Positions 25,007 through 37,324 of a DNA stretch of 64,000 nt are shown in pieces. Source of the DNA: Bilabrum cf. latius. Taxonomy: Eukaryota. The DNA lies in assembly GCA_965178125.1 (NCBI GenBank), contig OZ237751.1, positions 992,001 to 1,056,000 on the forward strand, written 5' to 3'. Position 1 is the first letter of the stretch. Every line of letters starts with the position of its first letter. The translations under genes were made by a program, and so were the position numbers. A model generated the notes under the pieces. The model saw only the letters and a program-made list of their open reading frames with translations, was not told where the DNA came from and ran no database searches.

Positions 25007-25897
25007 TTATTTTCCTTCTTCCCCTGCGCCGTCCACACTGTCAGTCAGCATGGAGAGCAACGTGGTCGCATCCAGCCTGACCAGCCGTCGGTGCAGAGCA
25101 TCCACGCTCCACACCCCCGAGGAAGCGGACACCGCACCGTCGCTGGTTCCGCTGCATTCGCCTTCTCCTGGTTTTGCTGCCGTGCCTATGTCCCGAGGAA
25201 GCTCCATCTCGCTCTCGGGACCTTGCGCCTCGCCTCCGCATCGCCCCTCCTCGTCCTCAACCCCCGGGCCGCTCACAGAGCCGCCACTGGAGGCTGCCGC
25301 GCTGCTGCTAGCCTCAGAGGCGTGTCGCGCTTTTCCAAACCGTTTGATGGCTTCTGATCGGCTCAAGAGCTTAAAGTCGTCAAAGTCAAACCCAGGAGAC
25401 ACCGTGCAGCCAACCAGACTGTATCCATGCTGGTAAGACTTGGCCCATTCGGCTGCATCGCCAGCCACGTCGGGAAGCAGTGCGGATAATGGACAACAAC
25501 CGAACCAGCGACCCGCTGGCACGACATGTGTACATGCTAGCCCCAACGAAGGCCTGCCTAATACGCTTATTTGGTACAATTGCGATTCTTGATCCCCGCC
25601 TGTTGGATGCTTCCAAAACTCGACAATTGCCAAGGGGTCGCCGTCGTAGAAATGCCACATCTCGTCCGACGCAATCACGTGGAGCCTAGAAGTTGACTTT
25701 TTTGTTAGCATGAAATGTATCGCGGTACTGGCGTATCTATCCCCCTGGTGCTTCGACGTAAGAGCAGACTATGGCAACGAGAGACTTGATTGATATACTC
25801 GCCGATAGTAGCCTCCTTCGGGGTGTGGCTCAAGCTTATACTGAGAAATAATGCTTTCAATTGATGTATGGATCGAATCATCTGCCGATCCTGCCAT
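25007..25897 (-). CDS. Cupin_5 (DUF985) domain protein; TAG at 25769; TAA stop
   Basis: LEPHPEGGYYRR, STAIHFML, SRLHVIASDEMWHFYDGDPL, VVPAGRWFG, SLVGCTVSPGFDFDDF. Confidence 0.9.
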
Positions 25898-26121
25898 TGC
25901 CCAGCCTGCAGTTGAGTGCACAGACAGAGTTGCAGTTGGCGGCTGATCATCATGATTAGACTCTACTAGAATAGATCTAGTATTATGATCATTATACAAA
26001 TGAGAGAAAGCGAACATGATAAACAACAACACCTGTGACAGACTTCTGCCCGGTTGCGCCATGGCCGGAACAGAATGCGATAAATCGGCAGTCCTCTCCT
26101 CTGGACTGAGAAGGCGACTGT

Positions 26122-26932
26122 TCACCTGCGCCTGCCACCACTCCTGCTAAAAGTGCGCGCCAGCATCGCGTGGTAGTCGATCTCTCCTTCACCCGCTATA
26201 CCTGCACCCCCTCCCCCTCGCCCCCCCCTGCCAGCGGAGGAAGCAGAGGCCCCCATCCCCACCCCGGACCTCGCCCTCGACCCCTGCCTCGAGGGGAACC
26301 TTCTCTCGAGCCTCTTCATCTCCCCCGTCGTCATGGGGACGCCCCTCTTGGCGAGGATGTCCCGCAGCACGCCAGAGTCCACGCCGTGCGTCTGGGGAAC
26401 AGCGCCGCCCCCACCGAACCGAAGGGAAGTGCCCCCGAAAGCACCCCCTCCGCTCGTGGAGCCCCCATGCGCCCCCCCGCTCGCACGCAGGGGACTGGAC
26501 CCCTGCCCGTGCCCCGCGCCCACCTTCCTCACGTCGTGGTAGATTCCCTGCCATGAGCGCCCCAGGATGCGCCGCATCTTCTCCTCTGTGGCTTCCATGT
26601 CAACGCTGCTCACGGTGCGCCCGTCCGCCATCACCTGCATCTTGCGGCGGTGCGTGCCCGCACGGACGGCCCTCACATGCCCGTTGGCTGGGTCCGCCGC
26701 CATGCCCGCCGGCACGGCCCCGGTCACCCCCATGCCCATGCCCATGCCCATGCTGCCCCCCACCGGGCTCCCCGCCGCCCTCCTGGCCCTGCCCCTCGAG
26801 GCCCTAGAGACCACCGACCTCACGTCATCGCCCCCCATGCCCATCCCCACGCCCACTCCCATGCCGCTCCTCTGGCTCTGCCGACTTCCCGGCCTGAATC
26901 CCCCCGACGCGGCGCTCCTGGGACGGTCCTGC

Positions 26933-26964
<32 letters not shown>

Positions 26965-29492
26965 GCTGGCTCTCGACCCCCGCCTCGAGCCCCCCCCTCC
27001 ACCCCCTCTCGACCCCTGGCTGGACCGCGTCACACGCCGAATCGGAGACGCCATTAGACCGCCGCCGCCGCCACCGTTGGATTTGCTCTCCTCTTCACCG
27101 GCCCGAGGCAGCGGCGCGCCACCGCCACCCGTCCCCGTGGGAGCCCCATGGTCTGACCTCTCCCTGCGCTTGGGCTGCACATCCACGTCGCGGTCCACCA
27201 CATACACGGCCGCCTGGGAGTCGTCCTGCACCTTGCCGACCAGCTCGATGCCGAGGTGCCTGTCGTTGGCCGCGGTCTTGACGAGGTAATCGCCCACGCT
27301 GTCCATAAACTCACCCCAGGAGATCTCCTTGTCGCCCGAGGTGTCATACTTGGCAAGCAGCATCTCCAGCTCCTCCCGCCCGAGCTGCAGCCCGAACTGC
27401 GCGATGGCACCCTCGAATTCGTCCATGGACAGCGCCCCGCTGCTGTCCTTGTCCAGCATCTGGAACGCCCGCTTGAGCTGGGGCTTCTTGCCGTACAGCT
27501 GCTGCGCGAGGATGGCCTCGGCCTTGTTGAGGCCCAGTGCAGGAGACACGAGGTCAGCGTCCTTGGCCTGCCTCGCCCTCAGCGCAGGGTTGGGCTGCAG
27601 ACGCGCATCAGGGTCCACTGTCATGGCGAAGTCGTCCGCCAGACGCTTCTCCACATCGTCGTCGTCAGCGCCCGCGAATCCGGCGTCCACGTTGTTCATG
27701 GAGGGGTGCAGGAGCGGGCCCACCTGCCTGTTGAACTCGGCATACGTGATAGACCCGTCCCCCGAGGAGTCGTACTTTGCCATGAGCCCCTGCCAGTCCC
27801 TGCGGCTTAGGTTGACACCCATGCTGTTGAGCGCGTCCTTGAACTCTTTCTCGTCCAGGTCCCCGCTCTTGTCCTTGTCGAACTGCCTGAAGACTTTCTG
27901 CACCGTACCGTACTTGCCGTACAGCTTGTCGGCGATCAGCTTCTCGGCGTTCACCAGCTGCATCTTGGGCGCGAGCCGCATCGCGCCCCACTTGGCGCCT
28001 CCTCCGTCCTCGTCATCGCCGTCCGTGTGCTCGATCTTGTCTGGAATCTTCATGTACTCTCGCATGGTCTTCTCGAATTCCTCCCAGGTCATGTCCCCCG
28101 TGTCGTTGTCGGGGGAACGGTGCTTCTGCATCATCTGCCATGACTCCTCGTCGCCCACCTTCTGGATGCCCAGCTTGCGCAGCGCCTGGATGAACTCGGC
28201 GTGCGAGATGAGGCCGCTGCCGTCCGTGTCGTAGTCGTCAAAGGCCCGCCGCAGGTTGCGGACCTTCTTGCGGAGGGCCTTACCGATGCTCTTGAGGCGC
28301 CACTCCTTGATCTTGGGAGTCTCGGGGCGATCCCTGAGCAGCGGCTCTGCCGGGGGGTGGATGAGTCGGCCAATCTTGTTGTTGAACTCGGCGTAGTTGA
28401 TGCGGCCGTGCCCGAATCGATCGAACCGATCCCAGAGCTTCTTGAACTCTGAATCCGACATCCTGAGGCCGATTAGATCCACTGCGGTTGGTGGAAAAGG
28501 AGAGGAGCGGCAAGTGAAGGGGACTAAATGATCACGGTGCATCTCCGGTGTCACATTCCCCAATTCCAGCTCAACGACCGAGAACCAATACAAGCCCAAA
28601 CAAACACACAGTTGCAGCGTTTCATTGATTTGCGGCCCGTCCCAGACTGCCGCACGAGGCAACTCTCTAGATGCAGCTGGCAGGCAAGCAGAGATAGGTT
28701 GGCGCCAACTTGCGCATGATCGTTCCTGCATGCGCGAGGCCCCCAAGAGGTGCCGAGGACCACTTGAGCCGTAACAATGCAAAACTTAATCACGTACGAT
28801 CTAAATCCGGGAAATTGGAAGCCGATAAATTCCCGCAACAAGCAATGTCACGCGGCAATGCGCTCAGCTTCCAACGGTTGGCTCGACGCAACCCAGGCAA
28901 TTACCATTCATGCAGGCTGTCCAGAGCCTAAACACAAGCACCAAACCATAAAACGTATAAAATCCAATACTCTTGACGAATTTAGAGCCCACGCGTCGAG
29001 ATTCGAGGGACATGCACGAAGCGAGCGCGCCATGGCGCGGCTGGCAGGGAGCGCTCAACGGAACCCCTAGCCCAGACAACGAATGAAGCAGCCCTGTGCG
29101 TTACGCCTACGGTTCCCTTGCAATCTATATCTAGATACATACACAAACGAAACAGTCTCCGCATGGGAGCACACGACAGCTCTCACAAGTAACGCGAAAC
29201 TCCGTCGCACTTATTAGTCCGGTGTGATCGTAGTCCATGCGCACGAAGGCGTCCTTGACCTTGGCATACCTGGAAGCCAGCTTATCTCCAAGAAGCTGCA
29301 GGTATAAATGATCAGAATGGGGGCGGAGATCAGTTAAAAGACAGCTTCGCGCCGCAGAGAGATGCATCGAGAAGCAAGATGCCTCACCTTAAAGGCCTCG
29401 TCTGCCGTCACCATGGTCTTCACAACCTTACGGCCAGCAGCCCCCTTGCTCTTCCTTGGCTTGATTCCCTCAGCTGTCAGAGATAACTCCAT
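26122..29492 (-). CDS. Multi-EF-hand Ca2+-binding protein (EFCAB6-like); several 5' introns
   Basis: EF loops DYDHTGLISATE, DRFGHGRINYAE, DTDGSGLISHAE, DKDKSGDLDEKE, DSSGDGSITYAE, DKDSSGALSMDE, DTSGDKEISWGE; TGA stop. Confidence 0.85.
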
Positions 29493-29617
29493 GATTAGAG
29501 CTTTACGGCTCGAATATGGATAGCAATCGTGACTCTATTTTTGCCCTTCCGTGTGCGGCGCCGCCGAGTTTGCGGAACCAGTGACCAAACGGATCAAAAA
29601 ACACCTGCCAACAAGAG

Positions 29618-31426
29618 ATGGAAACTGCAGCCCTATGGAGCCGATTAGGCTCGGTTGTGGCTCATGTTGATGCCAATATTGCGTAAGTGCGGGAATTACC
29701 GCACCGTGCAACCGCAAGGGCCTTGGATGGAAGATTTGTCCTTCGCTGTTTTACCTGTCTCGCAGCTTGGCCAGGAAATTCAGAGCGAAGGAATTCGATG
29801 CCGCGGTCACAATTTAGCGACATTATCGTGGTTCTGTCGTGCGGGAAGCGCTGATGCGATGGATGTGAGATACCGTGTAGATGCCGCTCAGACATTACTG
29901 CTGGCTTGCAGTTCCCGTCCACTCCCCCACTTCGCCGACCTTTGGCCTCCATTTGAGCGCGCAGCATATGCGCACTTGAGGTGTAGAGATCCTTCAGGGG
30001 CTACTTGGGCCGCCGACGAGCCCTTCGCGCCTTTGCGGCTCGTGAGGCCCGCGTGGAGGAGGCTCGGCTGGGCGCGCTCGTGACGACCGTCCAGGCGGCC
30101 TTTCGCGGGTATTACAGCCGCAAGTACGTGCACAGCATGTCCGCCATTCGGGACTACCTGCTCGCGGTGGAAGCCAAGGGCAGGCAGGTGAAGCACGAGA
30201 CCTTGCGAGCAGCGGCCGAGCAGCGGGCCCGCCTGGAGGCGAGCAGGCAGGCCGCCGCAGAGCGGGATTTCCTGGACGCCGCCGAGCAGCTGCACCACCT
30301 GGTCAGCACCAAGTCACGCCCAGGAGTCTTTAACCCCCCCTACGCGGGGGCACGCACGGGGGGTGGTGGCCCCCCCACGGCCTTTGGTCTCCCAGTGGAG
30401 GATCACATCAAGGAGCGGGCGCTCCTGTTCACCCGGGAGAGGGGCCTGGACAGGAGCCAGTGGCCATCGGCGGAGAAGAAAGAGGTGGCTGCGGTGCGCA
30501 GGGCACTGCGGGATGTGGGGGGCCGCAAGCCCACCCCGGCACAGGTGGAGCAGGCGCTGGCCGAGGCCGCGCTGGGCTCGACGCTCGAGGCGACGCCGGG
30601 GGCGGCGCAAGGGGGGCTCCGCGGCACCGCGCAGCTGCCCGCCAGGCCACCCACCATTGCGCGGGCCCCGCCGCCGTACGCCGATGACGCAGGCAGGGTG
30701 TCTTTGCGTGCCTCTGAACCGTACGACGCCGCCAGGGAACAAGCCAAGGAGGAGCAGAGGTACGAGAAGTACCGGCAGCTGGACCCGCGGCCCTTCGCTG
30801 CGGGCGGCAAGGTCAGGCAGAGAGCTCCGGGGAAGAGCGTGAGAGACGACGGCGAGTTCGTGGACACTTGGAGGCGCACGCGGCTGGATAGGGCGAGGGA
30901 GTTCGAGCCGGACCAGAAGGGCAAGTGGCTGGCGGGGCGGGACTTCCAGAGGGTGTCCCGGGGGGGCGGCGTGTTCGAGGACCAGCAGCGGAGAGCGGCG
31001 AGGGACGGCGTCCTCAAGGTGGTGGCGGACGTGCGGAGCAGGGGGTCGCTGGGTGACTCGAGGTCGCTTGGCTCGCAGTCGCAGAGCCGGTCGAGTGCGG
31101 GAGGGGGCGGGAGCCGGAGAGGCCGGGGCCGGAGCAGGGGCGACGTTGCGGATGGGGCAGGGTCACGAGCAGGAGTAGGAGCAGGGCGGTAGGTCGAGCA
31201 CAAGGACAGTGAGGGTGAAGGGGGTGCCGGTGATGGTATCGACGGGGGCATGGCTTCGCTAGAGCTGGAGGGTGAGGGCGGCGTTCCCGAGTGGGACGGT
31301 GGGATGGGGGCGGAGGCACAGGATTCTAAGCTGGGCAAGTAGAGGCACGTGGCTGGGTCTGCGGGTGTGGCTCTGCGCGGATTGCGAAGGGATCGGCGGG
31401 GTCAAAGCAGACAGCAGGCGACCTGA
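29618..31426 (+). CDS. SPATA17: SPATA17-like triple IQ-motif ciliary protein; introns 29683-29765, 29865-29964; TAG at 29815, 29984, 31190, 31340
   Basis: IQ motifs AAVTI[Q]RHYRGSVVR, LEV[Q]RSFRGYLGR and TTVQAAFRGYYSRK, followed by HHLVSTKSRPGVFNPPY; TGA at 31424. Confidence 0.8.
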
Positions 31427-31599
31427 CTGGATGAAGAGGTTTGCAAACTGGCCAGAGAAGGTAACATCCGAGGGGGGGATCTAAGTAGATTTGATCCTTG
31501 TTTTGGATTACTTGAATCGAGATTGTCGTGTTCAATGTACTTTCACAGATGTGCTAGTTCTGTCATGAGGTGAGCAGTACGAAAACCGCTAACCTCACA

Positions 31600-34500
31600 T
31601 CACTCATCAAGCTCCACCTGCCCCTTGTCCTCCTCACGCCCTTGCCCCAGGTCCTCCTCCCCAGCCGAGGAGGGCACAAGGTCGATGGCACGAGCCACCA
31701 TGGCAGCCAGTTCGGCCTGCTCGTTGGCGCCCAGCGGGTCAGGCTGCGAGTTCGGGGCCATTGCATGGCTGTTGGCGCGGCTCGGGGGCGGCATGGCCCC
31801 TTCGTCGTGGCTGCCATCCGCACCGCGATCACTGCCCACGGTGCCATCGTTGCCCAGTGCGGCAGCGCCCCAATCCTGCGGGAAAAGCAAGCTAGCGCGA
31901 AACAGTGCACGATATTGATGCTTCGATTGGACGCAGACTGTAGCAGCCCTCGTAGGGAGGAAGCACCAGTCATCGTGCCCCTCCGAAATAAAGCTGCAGG
32001 GTAGGTCTACTCTGGCTCCCTTGCCGGGCGAGCCCGGGCCCGTGGGGAGGTTCAGGCCCGGGCAGATCAGTGGGCAGGAGCGTAAAGGGATGATGCAGTC
32101 TATGCCGTGTGTATTCTCTCACCTGAAGTTGGTCGACTGGCTCGTCTGGTCCTCCACGGGCCTCGTGGGCTTCCGTATCCTCGTCCTTCCCTTCTGCGAT
32201 CTGTTCGAGTCCATCCGCTGCCCCGCGCGAGCCCGCTGCGTCCGGCCTGGCAGCAGCGAGCACATCGCAGATGGAGGCGCACACGGCGATTGTGGACCCT
32301 GCGCTCTCGAGGGGCAGGGCCGAGGGGTGGCTCCTGAGGGAGAGCTGCAGGTCCGATGGCTCCTCTTCCAGCGCGCTCGCGACTTGGCCGTACGGGGCCC
32401 TCTGCACGGCGATCATCCGGTGAAACACGGCCGCGGGGACGGCTTGTTTGGCCGGCGTGCCCTGCCTCAGCCTGTTCCCCACGTCCTGCATCATGGCCAG
32501 ACAGCGCTCCCACAGGATGGGCTTGGCAGCTTGGGCGGGGGCCGTGAGCACGGTGCTGGCCATACTTGCCAGCAGCGCCACGAAGGCGTCTCTCTCCGCC
32601 CTGACGTGCTCGATGTCCGCCAGCGCCTCGCTCAGGCGCTGCTCCCTCAGCACCCGGTCCCTCGCAGGACCGCCCTTGCCCGAAGGAGACACGGCCGCAT
32701 CCTCCTCGCGGCGGGCAAGCTCGGCAGCTGAGAGGGCTTCCTTGTGCCGCGCACCATCAGTGTCTTCCCCCTCCTTTGTCTTGTCTCCAGCTGCAACCGC
32801 TTGTGCATCAACTCCTGCCTCGTTCTCGTCTTGCTGCTCCTCCTGCTGCCGCTCCTGTTCCTGATCGCTCCGCAGAATCTCGCTGGCCCTGGCCTCCGCC
32901 AGCTGCCTCCTGAGGTCCCCCGCCTCCTCGTCCAGCAGGGCCAGCTGCTGCTTGAGCTCCCTGTTCTCCTGCACCACGGCCTGGCCCTCGATCTGCACGC
33001 GCGCGCACCAGTGCTACGACCGGGCCTGCTGCTGCTGCACCACGTGCACCTCGGCCTGGGTGGTTCGGAGGGCGCGCCGGAGGAGAGCCGCGCGGTGCAG
33101 CAGCTCATCTGCATTGAGCTCGTCGTCGTCGGTGGCCGGCTGCAGCAGCTCCTGCACAGGCACCTCCTCGTTCTCGTTCTCGTCCTCCTCGAGGGCACCG
33201 CTAGCAAAGGCTCCACCGGTGGATGCTCCCACGGGCGAAGGGGCGGAGTGGCCCGTGCGATCGGTGCGACTGCTGCCCTGCTGCTCCTCTACTTGTTCTC
33301 CTTGCGATTGGTGCTGCTTCTGCTGCTCCTCCACCCCCGGCCAACCCCCGTGTCTGCCTCTTCCTTCGCCTCCCGCGCGCGCCTTCTCCTTCCCCTCTTC
33401 CTCGTCCTCGTCCTCGTCCACCTCGGTCTGGGTCCCTGCCTCGGACCTCCCCTCCAGCTCCCTCCGCAGGTCAGCGGCATCCTCCAGAAGCTCAAGGCTC
33501 CGCGCCGAGTGCCGCGCCAGCTGCTGCATGGCCGCCGAGTGCACCGCCTGCACCTCCCCCTTCACGTCCCCCATACTCTCACGGATAGCCCCCCTCACCT
33601 CGTGCTGCAGCCCCCTGCGTGCCTTCTCGAGAGCAGCGCGCCCGCCTTCCAGAGCCAGCTCCAGCAGGTCCCCGCGAGACAGCAGGGAACCCGCCTGCTG
33701 CCGCTGCTCGCCGCCTGCTGGCACCGCGGGTGCACTGGCTGCCATGCGTGACACAGGAGAGTACTTGTCGAGGGGGAGGGCGCGGCCCGGCTGCATGGAC
33801 TGCGTGGACTGGCGCATGGGCCGGCGGGTCCTGCCGTCCAGCCGCATGCTGGCAGTGGCAGCCAACGAGCCCGCCGCTGGGTTCCGCTGCCGGTCCTCTT
33901 GTTCCCTTTTCGTAGAGCTGCCATTGCTGGTACTGTCTTCTGCTCCATCCCGTGAGCCGATCTCTTGCTGTTGCTCTCGCTGCACGGAATGCGCCGGTGG
34001 CCCCGAGACAGCCACGAGCCGACTCACCGCATTGTCTTCTCCAGCCCCCTTGCCCCCGTCATACCCACCCCTCAGCATCATGAAGGACGTGGAGGACCGC
34101 TCAGAGGCCGCTGCCAGTTGGGCACGAGGGGCCCCATGGGCTGCACCAGAGCTCTGCATGCCTGTCAACTGGCCCTGCTTGTCCGTTGATTGGCTGCTGA
34201 AGACCTCGCTAGGCACGGGGGGCAGCTCAGTAGGCCCCGAGCTGGGCCGGGACACGACAGTTGGCTCGGGATCCACGTGCCCTGCCTCGGCAGGTGCAGA
34301 CGAGGCGGCTGAAGAGGCCGAGCCAGCAGCTGCAGGGATGCTGGTCGGGTCCCTGGCACCCTCTACCGGAGCCTCTCCGTCGCGGAATGGGTGGGTGAGG
34401 CGCATCGTGCGCCTGCGCCGGTCGCCCCTCCCCTTAATCCATTCTCTCTCGCTCTGGTCTCCCCCCGCGGACAGGTCCTCGATGCTCATGGGAGGGCCCA

Positions 34501-36814
34501 TCCCTGCTGCATCCAGAGTGGACCCATCCCCCGCGGAGATGTCCACGTCATCGTCGTAGTCCTCATTTAGATCATCCTCCTCCTCCTCCCCGTCCTATTC
34601 CATTTCGTCCCCGTCGCGCACCGCGAACTGACCCCCCTCGGAAGCAGTCTCGGGGAGCCCCTGTTCCCTGGTGCCTCCGGTGGCGCCTGCCCTTCGGCCT
34701 CCTGGCAGCGTGTCTTGGGCCGAGGAGGAAGAGGAAGGGGAAGAGGACGGCGGTGCGGCCCCGGGGCGGCGAGGCCTGGCAGTCGAGGCAGCGGCAGGCG
34801 TCACCCGAGTGTGGGCCTGTCCTTCCTCGCCCCCTGCCTGTGCCTGCCGGCCCGATGAAGTCGAGTGGCGGCCGTAGCCTCCGCTGGGCCCGGGAGTGCC
34901 TGCAGACTCACCCAGACTGGAGTCACCACCCCCCCCCTCCTCCTCCTCCTCCTCCCCCTCCCAGCCTTCTTCTTGTTCCCCAGCGATGATCCCGGCCAGG
35001 TCCCTCCGCAGTGCATCCCTCAGCTCCTGGGCCCACCTAGGCCACTGACCCTGCCTCTATTCCTGCTCCTTGGACTCGCCCTTGCCCTTGCCACTGCCAT
35101 TACCATCGGATGTGGCAGCAGACTGCACGGCGGGCAGTCCCCAGCGCTTCCTGATCTCACCGCGCACGATGGCCCCTGCCGTGCCCTCCACGCCCAGGAC
35201 AACAGGGGCAGAGGCTGCCAGTCCACCTCTGCCACCGGCACCCGTCCGCATGGAAACGTCCTCCTCGCTCCGGTCCTCTCTCACGCGCATGTCCGCCTCA
35301 TCCTCTTCCTTTTCCTCCTCCTCCTCTCCCTCCTCCTCCCCCTCCCCCCGCGGGCCGGCCATGCGCGCCCTCCTTTCAGCCGGCCCCGTCCTGATGAGCT
35401 CCTCCAGGGCAGCTGCCTGCTGCAGCAGCCGGCCCCTCCTCGCATGCTTGCGGGCCTCCCGCAGCTCCACCAGACAGGCATCGTACTTGGCCTGCAGCGA
35501 GCTGGCGCGCACTTCGGCTGAGAGCGCCCTGTTGCGCCACTGTGCAAGCGCCTGCAGGGTCGTGTGCAGCACACCGACGGAGGAGGCCGCCGAGTCCACC
35601 ACCGTGTCGAAGGCAGTCTTGACGAGTGCATGGGCGGGGGCCTGCTGGTGGGGCACGAGTGCCTGTGCCGGGGGAGTGCCTCGGCCGCTGGTGGGGGGCG
35701 AGGGGGGCTGGTCATGGGGCTGGTCATGGGGGTGTCGTTGGTGACGGTGGCGCTTGACGGCGTGCCCCAACATGCTGCTCTTTGACAGCTTGCCCTTGGC
35801 CTTGGCCTTGTGCTTGTTCATGTGTTTGCCTTTGCTCGCGATCTTGGTCCCGTTGGATGTGTACGACTTCCGGCGCGCTCGGCGGGCTGAGTCCTCCTCT
35901 TCCTCTTCATCCTCGTCCTCGTCCTCTTCGTCCTCCTCGTGCTTGCGCTCCCCGCCATCCGAGGAGGGCGGAGACACAGAGCCCATCAGCGAGTCACCAT
36001 CGACTGGCGGCGAATCTCTGCGGTGATTCGTGCCGTGTTGGGAGCCCGGGGGCGGAGGCGAGAGCGATGGGCTGGAGCTGCCGTCCGCGGGCTGCTGCCG
36101 GTGCCGGTGCATCTGCTTCTGCCGTGGGGCGGGGCTCTGCATCCCTCCCTTAGCTCCATTAGATGACACTAGTTCCTTGCTAGACCGCCGCTCCCTTCCC
36201 CTGCTTGTCCCCACCCTCCTGCGCTTGGCTTCTTGTCCCGAATCGGTGCGCTGCGGTCCTTCTTGGTCTGCCATCAGCGAGGACGCGGAGGAAGCTGGTG
36301 ATTCTGCGGCAGACACTTGCAAACTACCATTATCTTCAGCCTGCTCGCCTTGCAGGCTTCGATCTTGGTCGTTCGGGACTTCCGTTCTCCTGCGCTTGCG
36401 GTTCCGACGCCGCTCGCTCGGCGTGCTTGCTACAGAGCGCCCTGCTCCTGCAGAGGCGGCTTTGCCAGCGGCACCCTTTGCCTTCCCGATTTTCTTAGAT
36501 CTGCGCTTCGTTTCAGGTCGGACTTGGCTCGATATCGGTGTCGGGGCGAGGATCTCTGCATCCAGAAGAGCAGTCGTTCGAATGCCCTTCACTAACTGCA
36601 GGTGCCGCGTTGGCTTGCTGCGTGCGCCCTCTTCCGAACTCGATGAATCACTTTCATCTGAGTCTTCTGCTGCATTTTTGAGTTTGCGGGCTTCGACCCG
36701 ACCTGTGCCCCTGCTGTGCTTGCTTCGCTTGCTGCTTTTGAGACCAAGCTCGGGGGCTTTGGCCTTCTTGACCGTGGATTTCTTGGGCTGTGACGGGCGA
36801 TTGAATAAAAACAA
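31600..36814 (-). CDS. Large low-complexity/coiled-coil hypothetical protein; TAG at 35057, 34595, 33014; both ends uncertain
   Basis: ORFs 35057, 34595, 33014 and 31970 share a frame separated only by TAG. Coiled-coil stretches; probable intron starting at 32122. Confidence 0.6.
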
Positions 36815-37324
36815 AGATACGTTGTAAGTATTGATCGCAGCAGGACCAGCGCAGTGATCTCCAAAGGCTAACGTGCGCGATATGCGAATCGAATGCTCAC
36901 CGCTGCACTTCGTCTCGATGGAGCCGCCCTTTTTGGCCGCTCGAAGTCATCGATGCTGGTTGGTGTGAATCCAGACCTTGCATTCTGCGAGAAATACGGC
37001 GGGCAAGGCTGTCACGCGGGCGCAAGTGCTCGGTACGGACGGCGGTGCATGGCAGGCAATTGCTCCGTCAAGCGGCGAAGACGATTTGCAGATCCGTCTT
37101 GCCGATCTCCTCACCTTGTCCTGGCGCGCCGCCATGAACATCTACTCTCGACTTCCAGAGCTTAGTCTCGGCGTGTCTGGAGTATCCATCTTGCGGCTGT
37201 TCTGCCGCCGAGCGCCATGGGCGCACCTCGTTTTGCGGAACCAGTCGCGCGGCGACCGCTGCAACTGGCTTGGTCGCAAGCAGTGATCGCAAGCAAGAGA
37301 GGATCCATGAACCCCCCACGCGAA

